DNA of 64,000 nucleotides, taken from a virus. The stretch covers positions 1 through 64,000 of IMG/VR virus record IMGVR_UViG_3300023179_000037; one strand, given 5' to 3'. A program made the translations under genes and the position numbers. The notes under the pieces were generated by a model. The model saw only the letters and a program-made list of their open reading frames with translations, was not told the origin of the DNA and made no database searches. Shown one piece after another: positions 18,590 through 28,939 of the stretch (positions are counted from its first letter, which is position 1; each line of letters begins with the position of its first letter).

Positions 18590-19401
18590 AAATACTTGTA
18601 TTAGGTGCTAACGGCTTTATTGGTAATCACTTATGTCAATATTTAGTATCTAAAAAACATCATGTAATAATGTTTAATAAACACGTCGATGTTTTAAAAG
18701 ATAATAAATTGTATGATTATATAAAGGATATATCCCCTCATGTATTAATTAATTGTATTACTTTTGGAGGCAAAAAAGAAATATTATCAAATGATTTACA
18801 TTTTGCTATAGATAATTTAATATTGTTTTCTAATATTTTTAAGGCATCCAAATACTTTAAAAAATTTATAAATATAGGGTCCGGCGCAGAATTTTTAGAA
18901 GATAAGAATACGAATCTTGATTTTATCTCAGAAGTATCTATATGGGAAAAATATCCCAATTTTGGAGCATACGCTTCATCCAAAAATATTATAGCTAGAT
19001 TATGTGATATTACTGATAATTACTACACTTTAAGATTATTTGGTTGTTTTGGTCAAAATGAACCCGCATTTAGAATATTTACAGCATATAAGAACTCATT
19101 ATTAAATAATACTGTTTTTCAGTTATCTGATAAGTATTTTGATAATTTTTTTATAGAAGACTTTTGTAAAGTAATTGAATACTTTATAAATTACAATCCT
19201 GCGATCAAAGATATAAATTGTGTTTATACGGAGAAATTTAAACTAAGTCAACAGTTAGAACTACTTTCTTTTGTAAACAATTGGCCAATAAATTTTAAAA
19301 TAAAAGAGACAGGTACAAATTATACAGGATGTTCTAAAAATTTAGAAAGTCTAAATTTAAATTTGGTAGGGTTGACATCGGGATTAAAAACATACAAATG
19401 A
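18586..19401 (+). CDS. NAD-dependent epimerase/reductase (extended SDR)
   Basis: GANGFIG, GSGAEF, YASSK. Confidence 0.8.
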   Translation: MKILVLGANGFIGNHLCQYLVSKKHHVIMFNKHVDVLKDNKLYDYIKDISPHVLINCITFGGKKEILSNDLHFAIDNLILFSNIFKASKYFKKFINIGSGAEFLEDKNTNLDFISEVSIWEKYPNFGAYASSKNIIARLCDITDNYYTLRLFGCFGQNEPAFRIFTAYKNSLLNNTVFQLSDKYFDNFFIEDFCKVIEYFINYNPAIKDINCVYTEKFKLSQQLELLSFVNNWPINFKIKETGTNYTGCSKNLESLNLNLVGLTSGLKTYK

Positions 19402-20351
19402 GAAAAATAGTTTATGTAACAGGGTGTTTAGGTTTTATAGGTTACCATGTAACCAAAGCGTGTTTAGATAGGGGTTGGTATGTATATGGAATAGATAAAT
19501 GTACATATGCTGCTAATTGTAATTTATTAGACGATTTGCAGAGTTATGGTGAACATTTTAAATTTGACGTAATAGATATAAATGATATTTCAAGATTATA
19601 TGACTGTGATTATGTAATTAATACTGCTGCTGAAACACATGTAGACAACAGTATTGAGAGCTCGGATGTTTTTCTTAAAAGTAATGTTAATGGTGTTCAC
19701 AAATTACTTGAATTGATAAAATGTAAACCTAAATCAAGAAGACCTATTTTGTTACATTTTAGTACAGATGAAGTTTATGGGGATATTGAAATAGGCTCTC
19801 ATTCTGAGGAAGATCTTTTATTACCAAGCAATCCCTATAGTGCCACAAAAGCAGCTGCTGATATGCTTATCTTAGCATGGGCAAGAACATATAGTATTCC
19901 CTATATTATAGTTAGGCCTACTAATAATTATGGTATTGGTCAATATGTGGAAAAATTTATTCCGAAAGCAATTAAAAATTTAAGCCTTGGTAAAAAAATT
20001 GTAATGCACAATGAAGGATTACCTAAAAGAACATGGCTTCATGTATCCGATACTGCCAATGCAGTTATTACAATAATAGAAAAGAATGTAGTAAATGAAA
20101 TTTATAATATTTCTGGCAATGTAGAAAAACAAAATATAGATGTAGCTCAACAATTACTTGGTTTATTTTATAGTAATACTTCATATACATTTAATGATAA
20201 TTTTGATTTTTCGGAAGTAAGACCTGGTCAAGATGTACGTTATTCAATTAACGATAAAAAATTAAAAGATTTAGGTTGGGAGCCAAAAGCTATCTTTGAA
20301 AATGAATTGATTCAGATAATGAATTGGTATAGAAAGAATTTTATATGGTAA
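19398..20351 (+). CDS. rmlB: dTDP/NDP-glucose 4,6-dehydratase
   Basis: TGCLGFIG, AAETHVD, STDEVYG, PYSATK, RPGQDVRY. Confidence 0.88.
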   Translation: MRKIVYVTGCLGFIGYHVTKACLDRGWYVYGIDKCTYAANCNLLDDLQSYGEHFKFDVIDINDISRLYDCDYVINTAAETHVDNSIESSDVFLKSNVNGVHKLLELIKCKPKSRRPILLHFSTDEVYGDIEIGSHSEEDLLLPSNPYSATKAAADMLILAWARTYSIPYIIVRPTNNYGIGQYVEKFIPKAIKNLSLGKKIVMHNEGLPKRTWLHVSDTANAVITIIEKNVVNEIYNISGNVEKQNIDVAQQLLGLFYSNTSYTFNDNFDFSEVRPGQDVRYSINDKKLKDLGWEPKAIFENELIQIMNWYRKNFIW

Positions 20352-20989
20352 AATATTTTACGTTTAGTATTTGGGGAGATAATCCTAAATACACTTTCGG
20401 TGCTATTAGAAATGCTCAATTAGCACAAAAAATATTTCCAGATTGGAAGTGCTTATTTTACCATGACAATACTGTTCCTAATGCGGTCCTAAATATTCTA
20501 AGAAATTTCGACAACAGTGAAGTAATTGAAATCACAGATAATTCATTTGGAGCATTCTGGAGATTTGATATAATGTTTGACGGCGGGGACGTCGTATTAT
20601 CAAGAGATACTGATTCTAGATTAAGTGAGAGAGAAAAAGTTTTAATTGACCATTGGCTTGAAACTAATGCTAATTACATGGTAATTAGAGATCATCATAA
20701 TCATTATGAATTCCCAATACTTGCTGGTATGTGGGGGAAAAAATGTATTGCTCTTAATAGAAATTTTAAAGTTATTATGGAGCAATATAGATACACTAAA
20801 ACTTATACTGTAGATCAAGTATTTCTTAGAGACGTTGTATGGCCTTTGATTCAATATGAGACTCAAGTTTACGGTGTTAAAGAAGTAGAATGGATGAGGG
20901 ATAATTATGATTTTACTGGTCGTCATTTTATAGGACAAACATATACTGAAAATGACGAACCAGTATACGAGGGAAAAATAGATGAATGA
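20345..20989 (+). CDS. putative GT-A glycosyltransferase
   Basis: FSIWGDNPKY...WRF...SRDTDSR...DQVFL. Confidence 0.55.
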   Translation: MVKYFTFSIWGDNPKYTFGAIRNAQLAQKIFPDWKCLFYHDNTVPNAVLNILRNFDNSEVIEITDNSFGAFWRFDIMFDGGDVVLSRDTDSRLSEREKVLIDHWLETNANYMVIRDHHNHYEFPILAGMWGKKCIALNRNFKVIMEQYRYTKTYTVDQVFLRDVVWPLIQYETQVYGVKEVEWMRDNYDFTGRHFIGQTYTENDEPVYEGKIDE

Positions 20990-21686
20990 GGTGATTCTTT
21001 ACCATCATTTAGGTCTAGGTGATACATTTATTTGTAATGGGTTAGTGAATTATTTTTCAGAAAAATATGATCATATATTTTTGCCCTGCAAAATAGAATA
21101 CTTTCAAACTATAAGATGTTTATATAGTGAAAATGATAAAGTAACAGTATGTCCTATGCTTAATATTAATCCTGGTAATGAACAGCAAATTATACAAAAT
21201 TTTCAATGTGATAAAAATATTCCTTTAATAATGATTGGGTTTAAAGATATAGATCATAGTAATTTTGATAGACAATTCTATGAATTAAATGATTTATCCT
21301 TTGGATTTAGATATAGTAAATTTCAAATGCCAAAGTATGTTGAGAATAGTGATAAGTTATATAATTCTTTAGTGAAGGATGATTACATTCTTATTCATAA
21401 AAATACCAGTTTGGGTACAATGGAGATAGAGATTGATAGTGAACTGGATAAAATATACATAGATCCCACTATAACTAATAATCTTTTAGAATGGAAAGAT
21501 ATAGTATATAACGCTAAAGAAATTCATTGTGTGCCGAGTAGTGTTTATTGTTGGATTGATAGTATTTATGATAAAGTAGTCGGAAAATTATTTTATCATA
21601 ATATTAGAGAAGGCACTAAATTAAACGTGAATAATGATTATAATAAACATTCTTGGATAATTAAAGAATATGCTAGCAAATTATGA
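20982..21686 (+). CDS. putative glycosyltransferase, paralog of 12201..12986
   Basis: HHLGLGDTFICNG, NFDRQFYEL, AKEIH. Confidence 0.55.
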   Translation: MNEVILYHHLGLGDTFICNGLVNYFSEKYDHIFLPCKIEYFQTIRCLYSENDKVTVCPMLNINPGNEQQIIQNFQCDKNIPLIMIGFKDIDHSNFDRQFYELNDLSFGFRYSKFQMPKYVENSDKLYNSLVKDDYILIHKNTSLGTMEIEIDSELDKIYIDPTITNNLLEWKDIVYNAKEIHCVPSSVYCWIDSIYDKVVGKLFYHNIREGTKLNVNNDYNKHSWIIKEYASKL

Positions 21687-22302
21687 AAAAGATGAGTTTG
21701 GAGTTATTAAACAAATCGAAGTTACAAAAATATCTTATGATAAGAAATATATTAATGTTAGATACGATTCATATGGTGAATTAAATTCTTATATGAGCCA
21801 TTTAAGATTTGGGTATATAGTTGGCTCTATAGGTTACGTCCCTAAGTCTATTCTAGATGTTGGTTATGGTAATGGTTCATTTCTAAAGATTTGTGGAAAA
21901 CTAATAGATAATTGTTACGGAAATGATATTAATGGATATGCTATTCCCGATAATGCAGTTTTTGTTGAGGATATAACTAAGAATCACTATGATGTAATTA
22001 CATTCTTTGATTCCTTAGAACATTTTGAGAATTTAAATTTTATTGAAAATCTTAAATGTAATTATCTTGTTATATCTGTTCCATGGTGTCATTATTTTAG
22101 CAATGAATGGTTTAAAACTTGGAAACATAGAAGAGAGAATGAACATCTTTATCACTTTAATAAGGCATCATTAACTAATTTTATAAGTAGTTATAGATAT
22201 TCTTTAGTTACATCAAGTAATATAGAGGACACTATTAGAAAAGGTGTTGATAAAAATGAAAATATTTTAACTTGCATTTTCAAAAAAGATAATACTTTAT
22301 GA
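21670..22302 (+). CDS. class I SAM-dependent methyltransferase
   Basis: ILDVGYGNG, FFDSLEH. Confidence 0.8.
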   Translation: MLANYEKDEFGVIKQIEVTKISYDKKYINVRYDSYGELNSYMSHLRFGYIVGSIGYVPKSILDVGYGNGSFLKICGKLIDNCYGNDINGYAIPDNAVFVEDITKNHYDVITFFDSLEHFENLNFIENLKCNYLVISVPWCHYFSNEWFKTWKHRRENEHLYHFNKASLTNFISSYRYSLVTSSNIEDTIRKGVDKNENILTCIFKKDNTL

Positions 22303-23021
22303 GTAACGTTACTATTATTACTGCTACTACAGGTGCAGATTTTTTAGAAAAGAATATAAATTCTGTAATCAATCAACAAGTCTCAGCTGATGTTAAAATA
22401 CAACATTTAGTTGTTGTAGATGGGAATCATCATTTAGAAAAAGTTAGCAAACATTTAACAGGTAATGAAGATCTAATCGTATTGCCGTATGCTACAGGTA
22501 TTGAGCAATATAATGGCCATAGAATATATGGAGGTTGTACTTTCTTAGCCAAAGGCGACTTTATCATGTATTTAGATGAGGATAATTGGATTGACTCCAA
22601 TCATGTACAAAGTTTAGTTGATATTTCTAATGAATTATCTTTTTCATGTTCTTTAAGAAAGATAGTAGATATGGAAGGCAAATATATTTGTAATGATGAC
22701 TGCGAAAGTTTAGGTAATTGGAAATCAATTATAGATGACTTTTTTGTGGATGTTAATTGTTTCTTTTTACCTAAAAAACTAGCATTACAATTATCTCCTC
22801 TGTGGTTCAGACGAGCAAGACATCCAGACGATCAACCTGAAGTCGATAGAATATTGACTTCCACTCTAAAAGATAATAATATAAGATGTAATGTGTCAGG
22901 TTTTTACACTGTTAATTATAGAGCGGGTAATAGACTTGATTCAGTGCAACCCGAATTTTTCATTAATGGTAATCAGGTAATGAAAAACTTATATAATAAT
23001 AACTTACCTTGGGCAAAGTGA
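22299..23021 (+). CDS. GT2-family glycosyltransferase
   Basis: VVVDG, YLDEDN (DxD). Confidence 0.75.
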   Translation: MSNVTIITATTGADFLEKNINSVINQQVSADVKIQHLVVVDGNHHLEKVSKHLTGNEDLIVLPYATGIEQYNGHRIYGGCTFLAKGDFIMYLDEDNWIDSNHVQSLVDISNELSFSCSLRKIVDMEGKYICNDDCESLGNWKSIIDDFFVDVNCFFLPKKLALQLSPLWFRRARHPDDQPEVDRILTSTLKDNNIRCNVSGFYTVNYRAGNRLDSVQPEFFINGNQVMKNLYNNNLPWAK

Positions 23022-24007
23022 TGAAAGATTTTTTATTTTTTACATATAGTTTTGTACCCACTGCAATGTATTTATTCAAAGCTATAGAAAATTGTGGTTA
23101 TAATTGTGACTTGGTGACAGAATTAGATTTTGATTCTTTTGTTTGTGAGTCTAAATATAGAGTAGTTGTTGGATATTTACATGAACCAAATCATATTAGA
23201 GTCATAAACGAATTGCGAGAAGGAATATTAAAGGATAGTTATTTTATACAACATGATGATACTGATAATTATTGTATAAATTATTGGTTCAGCAAACCTC
23301 CAAATTTAATAATGCACCGAGAATTATTCTCGTACTCTAGAACACCTTATCCAGATGTGCCAGCTTACCCGATGCATTTTCCGATACCAAGTATCTATAA
23401 AGAGGAATATCAAAATAAAATTTATGATGTAACCTTTATAGGAGGACACACTAATCCAAGACGAGTGCATTTTGTCAATCACCTAAAATCTCTAATGGAA
23501 GGTAGCCTTAAACATTTGAATTGGTATTTTAAACATGAAGGCTATGGAGACGGTAAAGATTATCTTGTAAACAAAAATGATACGTTTAGAGTATACAATC
23601 AATCAAAAATAATTATACATAATCCCGGTAATAGTCAAGATTCAGTAAGGATATGGGAAGCAGTATCAGCTAAAGCAGTCTTATTGTCGCCTCAACTACC
23701 TAATCTAAGTTTAACTAAAGAGTTCATGGACTTTGATAAATATGTAGTATATAAAGATGACTTTTCAGATCTTGCAGATAAAATATTATGGATTTTAAAT
23801 GGTGACAATTGGAAAAGAATATCAGATATTTCTGTCAATGAATACTTAACACGCCAAGCACCGTATCATTGTTTTGTGTATTATTATAACATTATTATGC
23901 ATTACTGTGGTTTGGAGAAAAAACCAATTAAGAGAATGTCTGCTAGACCTATATTCATGGATATTAAATGGGGACATGAATTTGGGTATGGAGCCGATAT
24001 AGAATAA
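23021..24007 (+). CDS. GT-B glycosyltransferase-like protein
   Basis: YDVTFIG...SKIII...RIWEA pattern. Confidence 0.6.
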   Translation: MKDFLFFTYSFVPTAMYLFKAIENCGYNCDLVTELDFDSFVCESKYRVVVGYLHEPNHIRVINELREGILKDSYFIQHDDTDNYCINYWFSKPPNLIMHRELFSYSRTPYPDVPAYPMHFPIPSIYKEEYQNKIYDVTFIGGHTNPRRVHFVNHLKSLMEGSLKHLNWYFKHEGYGDGKDYLVNKNDTFRVYNQSKIIIHNPGNSQDSVRIWEAVSAKAVLLSPQLPNLSLTKEFMDFDKYVVYKDDFSDLADKILWILNGDNWKRISDISVNEYLTRQAPYHCFVYYYNIIMHYCGLEKKPIKRMSARPIFMDIKWGHEFGYGADIE

Positions 24008-24742
24008 GTGAAAATAATTAAAGATTTATATGGTTATTCTTCAAACAAATTAGAAATTATAGATGATAATGGTTTTATATTTGTTAGAAAATATGGCGAT
24101 AACCAAAGAAATTTAGAACGATTACTAGTATTAAAAAATTTGGATCTGCCTACTCCAAAGATATTACATTGCACTAATGAATATTATGATATGGAATTTA
24201 TTCAGGGCATGGATATCAAAAACTACCTTTTGAATCATTCGTCTGAAGGGTTGGCAAGTTTTTTAGTATCTCTGTTGGATACATTTAAAAAATATACTAA
24301 AGAAAAATGTTATATAGATGTATACAACAAAAAACTTTATAATGTAGATTTCTCTGATCTTAGCTTTAATAAGCAACAACTAATAGAAAAATTACCTAAA
24401 GTATTGCCGTCTTCTCTATACCACGGGGACTTAACTTTAGATAATATTTTATATGATATAAAAAATAATCGATTTGTTCTTATTGATCCATTAACTACTG
24501 ATTATGATTCATATGTATTTGATGTATCCAAATTAAAACAAGATTTAATATGTAAATGGTTTATACGAGATACAGATTTGATCTTAGATTCTAAGTTAAA
24601 GCATATAGATGATTTAATAAGTGATAATTTTTCCTATAATTATTTAGTTATACTAATGTTGTTAAGAATTTATCCTTATGTAAAAACCAAAAAAGATTAT
24701 ATTTTTTTAACTAATGAGATTAATAAATTATGGAAATTATAA
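24008..24742 (+). CDS. APH/choline-kinase-like phosphotransferase
   Basis: HGDLTLDNIL, LIDP. Confidence 0.75.
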   Translation: MKIIKDLYGYSSNKLEIIDDNGFIFVRKYGDNQRNLERLLVLKNLDLPTPKILHCTNEYYDMEFIQGMDIKNYLLNHSSEGLASFLVSLLDTFKKYTKEKCYIDVYNKKLYNVDFSDLSFNKQQLIEKLPKVLPSSLYHGDLTLDNILYDIKNNRFVLIDPLTTDYDSYVFDVSKLKQDLICKWFIRDTDLILDSKLKHIDDLISDNFSYNYLVILMLLRIYPYVKTKKDYIFLTNEINKLWKL

Positions 24743-25749
24743 TTCCGTGTGCTGGTCATTCTACTAGATTTCCTAATCTAAGACCTAAATATTTACTAAC
24801 AAATTATAGTGGCAAACTGATGGTCGAGAAGGCAGCTGAATGTTTTTCCTCGGACAAAAATAGATTAACTATTGCTATTTTAAAGGAACATGATGATGTT
24901 TATAATTCAAGTAAAATATTAACAAATACTTTTGGTAATACAATTAATATTGTAGTATTAGACAATTATACAAAAGGTCCCGCTGATACAGTTTATCAAT
25001 GCTTAAAAAAATTAGAATTAAATAAAAATGAACCTTTTCTAGTAAAAGATTGTGATAGTTTTTATCAAACAGATTTACCTGCGGGCAATTCTATTCATGT
25101 TTCAAGATTATCGTCTAATCCAAAAATAAAAAATCCAGCAGCTAAAAGTTTTACTATTTCAAATAATCAAGATATAATTTTATCCATTATTGAAAAGAAA
25201 ATAGTTAGTGATACTTTTTGTGTAGGCGGTTATCAATTTGAAAGAGTAGAAGATTACATTAATGCTATAGAAAAATTAGCAACATCTAATTCTGCTGAAA
25301 TATTTGTTTCTAATGTAATAGATTATTTGATTTCTAAAGGCAAGGTATTTACGCAAACTGAAGTTTCTAACTATATAGATGTTGGTACAGCGGAGGATTG
25401 GTTAGATTATAATAAAAAACCAACCTATTTTTGTGATATAGATGGTACTATTATAAAATCTAAAAGTGATATTGTTACCTATGAACCTTTGGTTGAAAAT
25501 ATTAAAATTCTATTGGAAAAAAAATCTAAAGGGTGTAAAATTATATTTTGTACAGCAAGACCGAACAAATTAAAAGATATAACTCGTACAATGTTGGATA
25601 ATCTTGGTTTTAATGGTTGTGAATTAATTATGGAAATACATCATTCATCTAGAGTTTTGATTAATGATTATGCAAAATCCAACCCGTATCCCTCAGCAGT
25701 TGCTATAAATCTGCGAAGAGATACTGATAATTTAGGAGAATTGATTTGA
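24730..25749 (+). CDS. nucleotidyltransferase fused to a HAD phosphatase
   Basis: IPCAGHSTRF...PK, KDCD; C-terminal DIDGT, TAR, IND. Confidence 0.8.
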   Translation: MEIIIPCAGHSTRFPNLRPKYLLTNYSGKLMVEKAAECFSSDKNRLTIAILKEHDDVYNSSKILTNTFGNTINIVVLDNYTKGPADTVYQCLKKLELNKNEPFLVKDCDSFYQTDLPAGNSIHVSRLSSNPKIKNPAAKSFTISNNQDIILSIIEKKIVSDTFCVGGYQFERVEDYINAIEKLATSNSAEIFVSNVIDYLISKGKVFTQTEVSNYIDVGTAEDWLDYNKKPTYFCDIDGTIIKSKSDIVTYEPLVENIKILLEKKSKGCKIIFCTARPNKLKDITRTMLDNLGFNGCELIMEIHHSSRVLINDYAKSNPYPSAVAINLRRDTDNLGELI

Positions 25750-26051
25750 TTGATTACAAGTACAATGAAATTAATTTATTGAATGAATTAAAAAACTATA
25801 TTGATAATACTTATTCTCAACATTATGCTCAAGGTAAAATTCAAACAACAGAATTTATAATTGACAATGGGCATGGTATTGGACATACTGCCGGAAATAT
25901 CATTAAGTATACCCAAAGATACGGCAAAAAAGAAGGAAGAAATAGGAAGGATATACTAAAGGTGTTACACTATGCTTTAATTATGCTGTATGTGCATGAT
26001 TTAGAGATAAAAAATAAAGAAGTGATAGAAACAATTCATCATCCAGTATGA
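25746..26051 (+). CDS. small phage nucleotide-kinase-like protein (T7 gp1.7-like)
   Basis: HY...GNIIKY..RYGKK.G...DILK..HY pattern. Confidence 0.6.
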   Translation: MIDYKYNEINLLNELKNYIDNTYSQHYAQGKIQTTEFIIDNGHGIGHTAGNIIKYTQRYGKKEGRNRKDILKVLHYALIMLYVHDLEIKNKEVIETIHHPV

Positions 26052-26058
26052 GGTTATT

Positions 26059-26715
26059 ATGCAAATTAGTAAAGAAACAATTGAAATTCTAAAGAATTTT
26101 GCCAGCATAAACAGCAATATTCTTATTCGTAAAGGTAAAACGCTAGCTACTATTAGTACAGCAAAAAATATTTTTGCTAAAGCAGCCGTAGCGGAAGATT
26201 TTCCTGTAGAAGTACCAATCTATGATTTGAATTCTTTGTTAGCATTGCTGACACTAATGGAAAATCAAAATGTCGAGTTCGGGGATAAATCGTTAACGAT
26301 TTCCAAAGATGGAGGAAAATTTGAGTATTTTTATTCTAATCTAGGCGTAATTGTAGCAGCCCCAGATAAAACCATTGAATTAGATAATCATTTTCAGTTT
26401 AAGTTATCCGCTGAGGATGTACAAATGATAATGAAAGCTGCAGCAATCACATCTGCCCCTACTATTTCTGTTACTTGTAAATATCAACAGGTTGTTCTTA
26501 CTATTGGTGATAAAAAGAATGATACTGCAAATACTTATAAGAAAACTATAGGTTCTGGGCTTGAAGATTTTGAATGCCATATTGCTGTGGAGAACTTTAA
26601 AATTATTCCTGATGCGTATTCGATTACTATTTCCAAAAAGAAATTTATGCATTTTAAAAATGAAACAAAATCTATAGAATATTTTATCGCAATGGAACCA
26701 GATTCTGTAGTTTAA
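26059..26715 (+). CDS. 45: sliding clamp gp45
   Basis: LKNFASINSNI, IYDLN, YFIAME; upstream of gp44. Confidence 0.92.
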   Translation: MQISKETIEILKNFASINSNILIRKGKTLATISTAKNIFAKAAVAEDFPVEVPIYDLNSLLALLTLMENQNVEFGDKSLTISKDGGKFEYFYSNLGVIVAAPDKTIELDNHFQFKLSAEDVQMIMKAAAITSAPTISVTCKYQQVVLTIGDKKNDTANTYKKTIGSGLEDFECHIAVENFKIIPDAYSITISKKKFMHFKNETKSIEYFIAMEPDSVV

Positions 26716-26720
26716 ATAAA

Positions 26721-27482
26721 ATGTATTTCTCTGAAAACAATCTCACCTCCGTTTTAATTGGCACTCCAATGTATGGAGGAATGTGTACTTATGCTTATAC
26801 TAGTAGTTTAATCAATAACATTATGGATTTAAGAAAAAATGATATTGGTGCTTACTGGTATTTTGTTGCCAATGAAAGTCTAATTACTCGAGGCAGAAAT
26901 TATTTAGTAGATTATTTTTTAACTCAAACCAATTGTACACATTTAATGTTTATAGATGCAGATATTACATATCCTGAAACATCTATACGCAGACTAATTG
27001 AAGCTGATAAAGAAATTATATGTGCTCCTTATCCCAAAAAATTTATTGATTGGGAAAATATTGCAAAAGTTGCTGCGTCTAAAAGTGAACCCATTCCCAA
27101 TATCCATGAATATGGTGCATCATATGTAATTAACTATATCGATTCTAGTAATATCCCGTTACCAGATAAAAATGGTGTAATAGAAATATTACATGGCGGC
27201 ACCGGATTTATGTGTATTAAAAGAGAAGTTTTTCTTAAAATGAAACCTCAGCTTAAGAAAGCGAGAGCGGCAAATTTTGGTAGATTTGATAACTGGTACA
27301 CTGAATATTTTATGACAGAGATAGATGAGGACGGAGTTTTTCAATCAGAGGATTGGTATTTCTGTAATAGATGGAGAAATCTAGGGGGCAAAATTCATTT
27401 AATTCCGAATATTAAATTAGATCATATGGGATCTCATATATACAGCGGGAATATTTTAAAAGCTGGCGCAAATATTACTTAA
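26721..27482 (+). CDS. GT-A fold glycosyltransferase-like protein
   Basis: IGTPMYGG, NESLITRGRN, MFIDAD, GTGFMCIKR, SEDWYFC. Confidence 0.6.
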   Translation: MYFSENNLTSVLIGTPMYGGMCTYAYTSSLINNIMDLRKNDIGAYWYFVANESLITRGRNYLVDYFLTQTNCTHLMFIDADITYPETSIRRLIEADKEIICAPYPKKFIDWENIAKVAASKSEPIPNIHEYGASYVINYIDSSNIPLPDKNGVIEILHGGTGFMCIKREVFLKMKPQLKKARAANFGRFDNWYTEYFMTEIDEDGVFQSEDWYFCNRWRNLGGKIHLIPNIKLDHMGSHIYSGNILKAGANIT

Positions 27483-27497
27483 AATAATGGAGTTGTT

Positions 27498-28439
27498 ATG
27501 GAAGTTCGTGAAGATCAATTTTTATGGGTTGAGCGTTATCGTCCTCGTAATTTGAGTGAATGTATTTTACCTGCCGCACAAAAACAAATATTTGAGGATA
27601 TGATTGCCAAGGGCGAAATACAAAATATGCTTTTGTGCGGTTCTGCTGGTGTTGGAAAAACAACTGTTGCTAGAGCTTTATGTGAAGAACTAAAAACAGA
27701 TTATATGATTATAAATGGATCAGAAGAATCTGGTATAGATGTTTTAAGAACAAAAATTAGACAGTTTGCATCTACTGTATCTTTTACTGGTAAAACTAAA
27801 GTAGTAATTTTAGATGAGGCGGATTATTTAAACCCAAACTCTACTCAACCTGCTCTTCGTAATTTCATTGAAGAATTTTCTTCAAACTGCAGATTTATTT
27901 TTACTTGTAATTTTAAAAACAGAATTATTGCTCCACTTCATTCTAGATGTGCAGTAATAGAATTTAAACTACAAAAAGAGGATAAACCCAAAATTGCAGC
28001 AAAATTCTTTAAACGTGTATCTGAAATTCTCACTCTGGAAAATATAAATTTTGACCCAAAAGTAATAGCAAAAGTTATTGAGAAATATTTTCCAGACAAC
28101 AGAAGAACTATTAATGAATTACAAAGATATTCCAGTTCTGGTAAAATTGATGAGGGTATACTAATAAACGTTGGTGAACTGATTATAAATGATTTAGTAA
28201 GTTCTTTGAAGGAAAAAGACTGGAAAAGAATGAGAACTTGGGTAGTAAACAATATTGATAGTGAACCTGTTACTATCATGAGAAAACTATATGATACATT
28301 AACTGAAAATGTAGTACAAGTGCCGCAATTAGTTATTATCTTAGCAGATTATCAATATAAGTCTGCATTTGTTGCTGATCAAGAAATTAATCTGGTAGCT
28401 TGTTTAACTGAGATAATGGCTACGGTTGAATTTAAATGA
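27498..28439 (+). CDS. 44: clamp loader large subunit gp44
   Basis: WVERYRP, GSAGVGKT, DEAD, SRC. Confidence 0.95.
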   Translation: MEVREDQFLWVERYRPRNLSECILPAAQKQIFEDMIAKGEIQNMLLCGSAGVGKTTVARALCEELKTDYMIINGSEESGIDVLRTKIRQFASTVSFTGKTKVVILDEADYLNPNSTQPALRNFIEEFSSNCRFIFTCNFKNRIIAPLHSRCAVIEFKLQKEDKPKIAAKFFKRVSEILTLENINFDPKVIAKVIEKYFPDNRRTINELQRYSSSGKIDEGILINVGELIINDLVSSLKEKDWKRMRTWVVNNIDSEPVTIMRKLYDTLTENVVQVPQLVIILADYQYKSAFVADQEINLVACLTEIMATVEFK

Positions 28440-28939
28440 AGTCGAAGAAGTCTAAAGTAACAATTTCTAATGATAAAGAAATTACGAGTGAAGGATACTT
28501 ATTTGATGATATAAAACATAAAGATACAATAGAAGAAAAATGGACCGCCCCAAATATCTCTCCTTTTGATTTCATAAATGCTATTCATTATTCAAAAGAA
28601 AATCTTATTGTGGATGAATGGTCCGAAAAACAATACTCCCCATATATAGTAAACAAAGGATTATCATATGGGCAGGATACCGCTATTCCTGCTAATGAAA
28701 TGAATTCCCGTCCACATTTACCAAAAAGCCTTCAGTTTTCGTTTTTAATAAATATAGTTAAGCCTAAAAAAAGATTTAACAAATGGATTAAGGCTGAAAA
28801 GATTGAAGCGTTAGAAGTAATAAAGGAATACTATGGATATAGCACAGATAAAGCCCGCCAAGTACTTCTGCTTCTTAACGATGTTCAACTTGAAATAATA
28901 AGAACAAGACTAACTAAAGGTGGTAAAAATGGCGGATGA
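28436..28939 (+). CDS. 62: clamp loader small subunit gp62
   Basis: YSPYIVNKGLS, ANEMN, KKRFNKW, YYGYS; position. Confidence 0.88.
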   Translation: MKSKKSKVTISNDKEITSEGYLFDDIKHKDTIEEKWTAPNISPFDFINAIHYSKENLIVDEWSEKQYSPYIVNKGLSYGQDTAIPANEMNSRPHLPKSLQFSFLINIVKPKKRFNKWIKAEKIEALEVIKEYYGYSTDKARQVLLLLNDVQLEIIRTRLTKGGKNGG

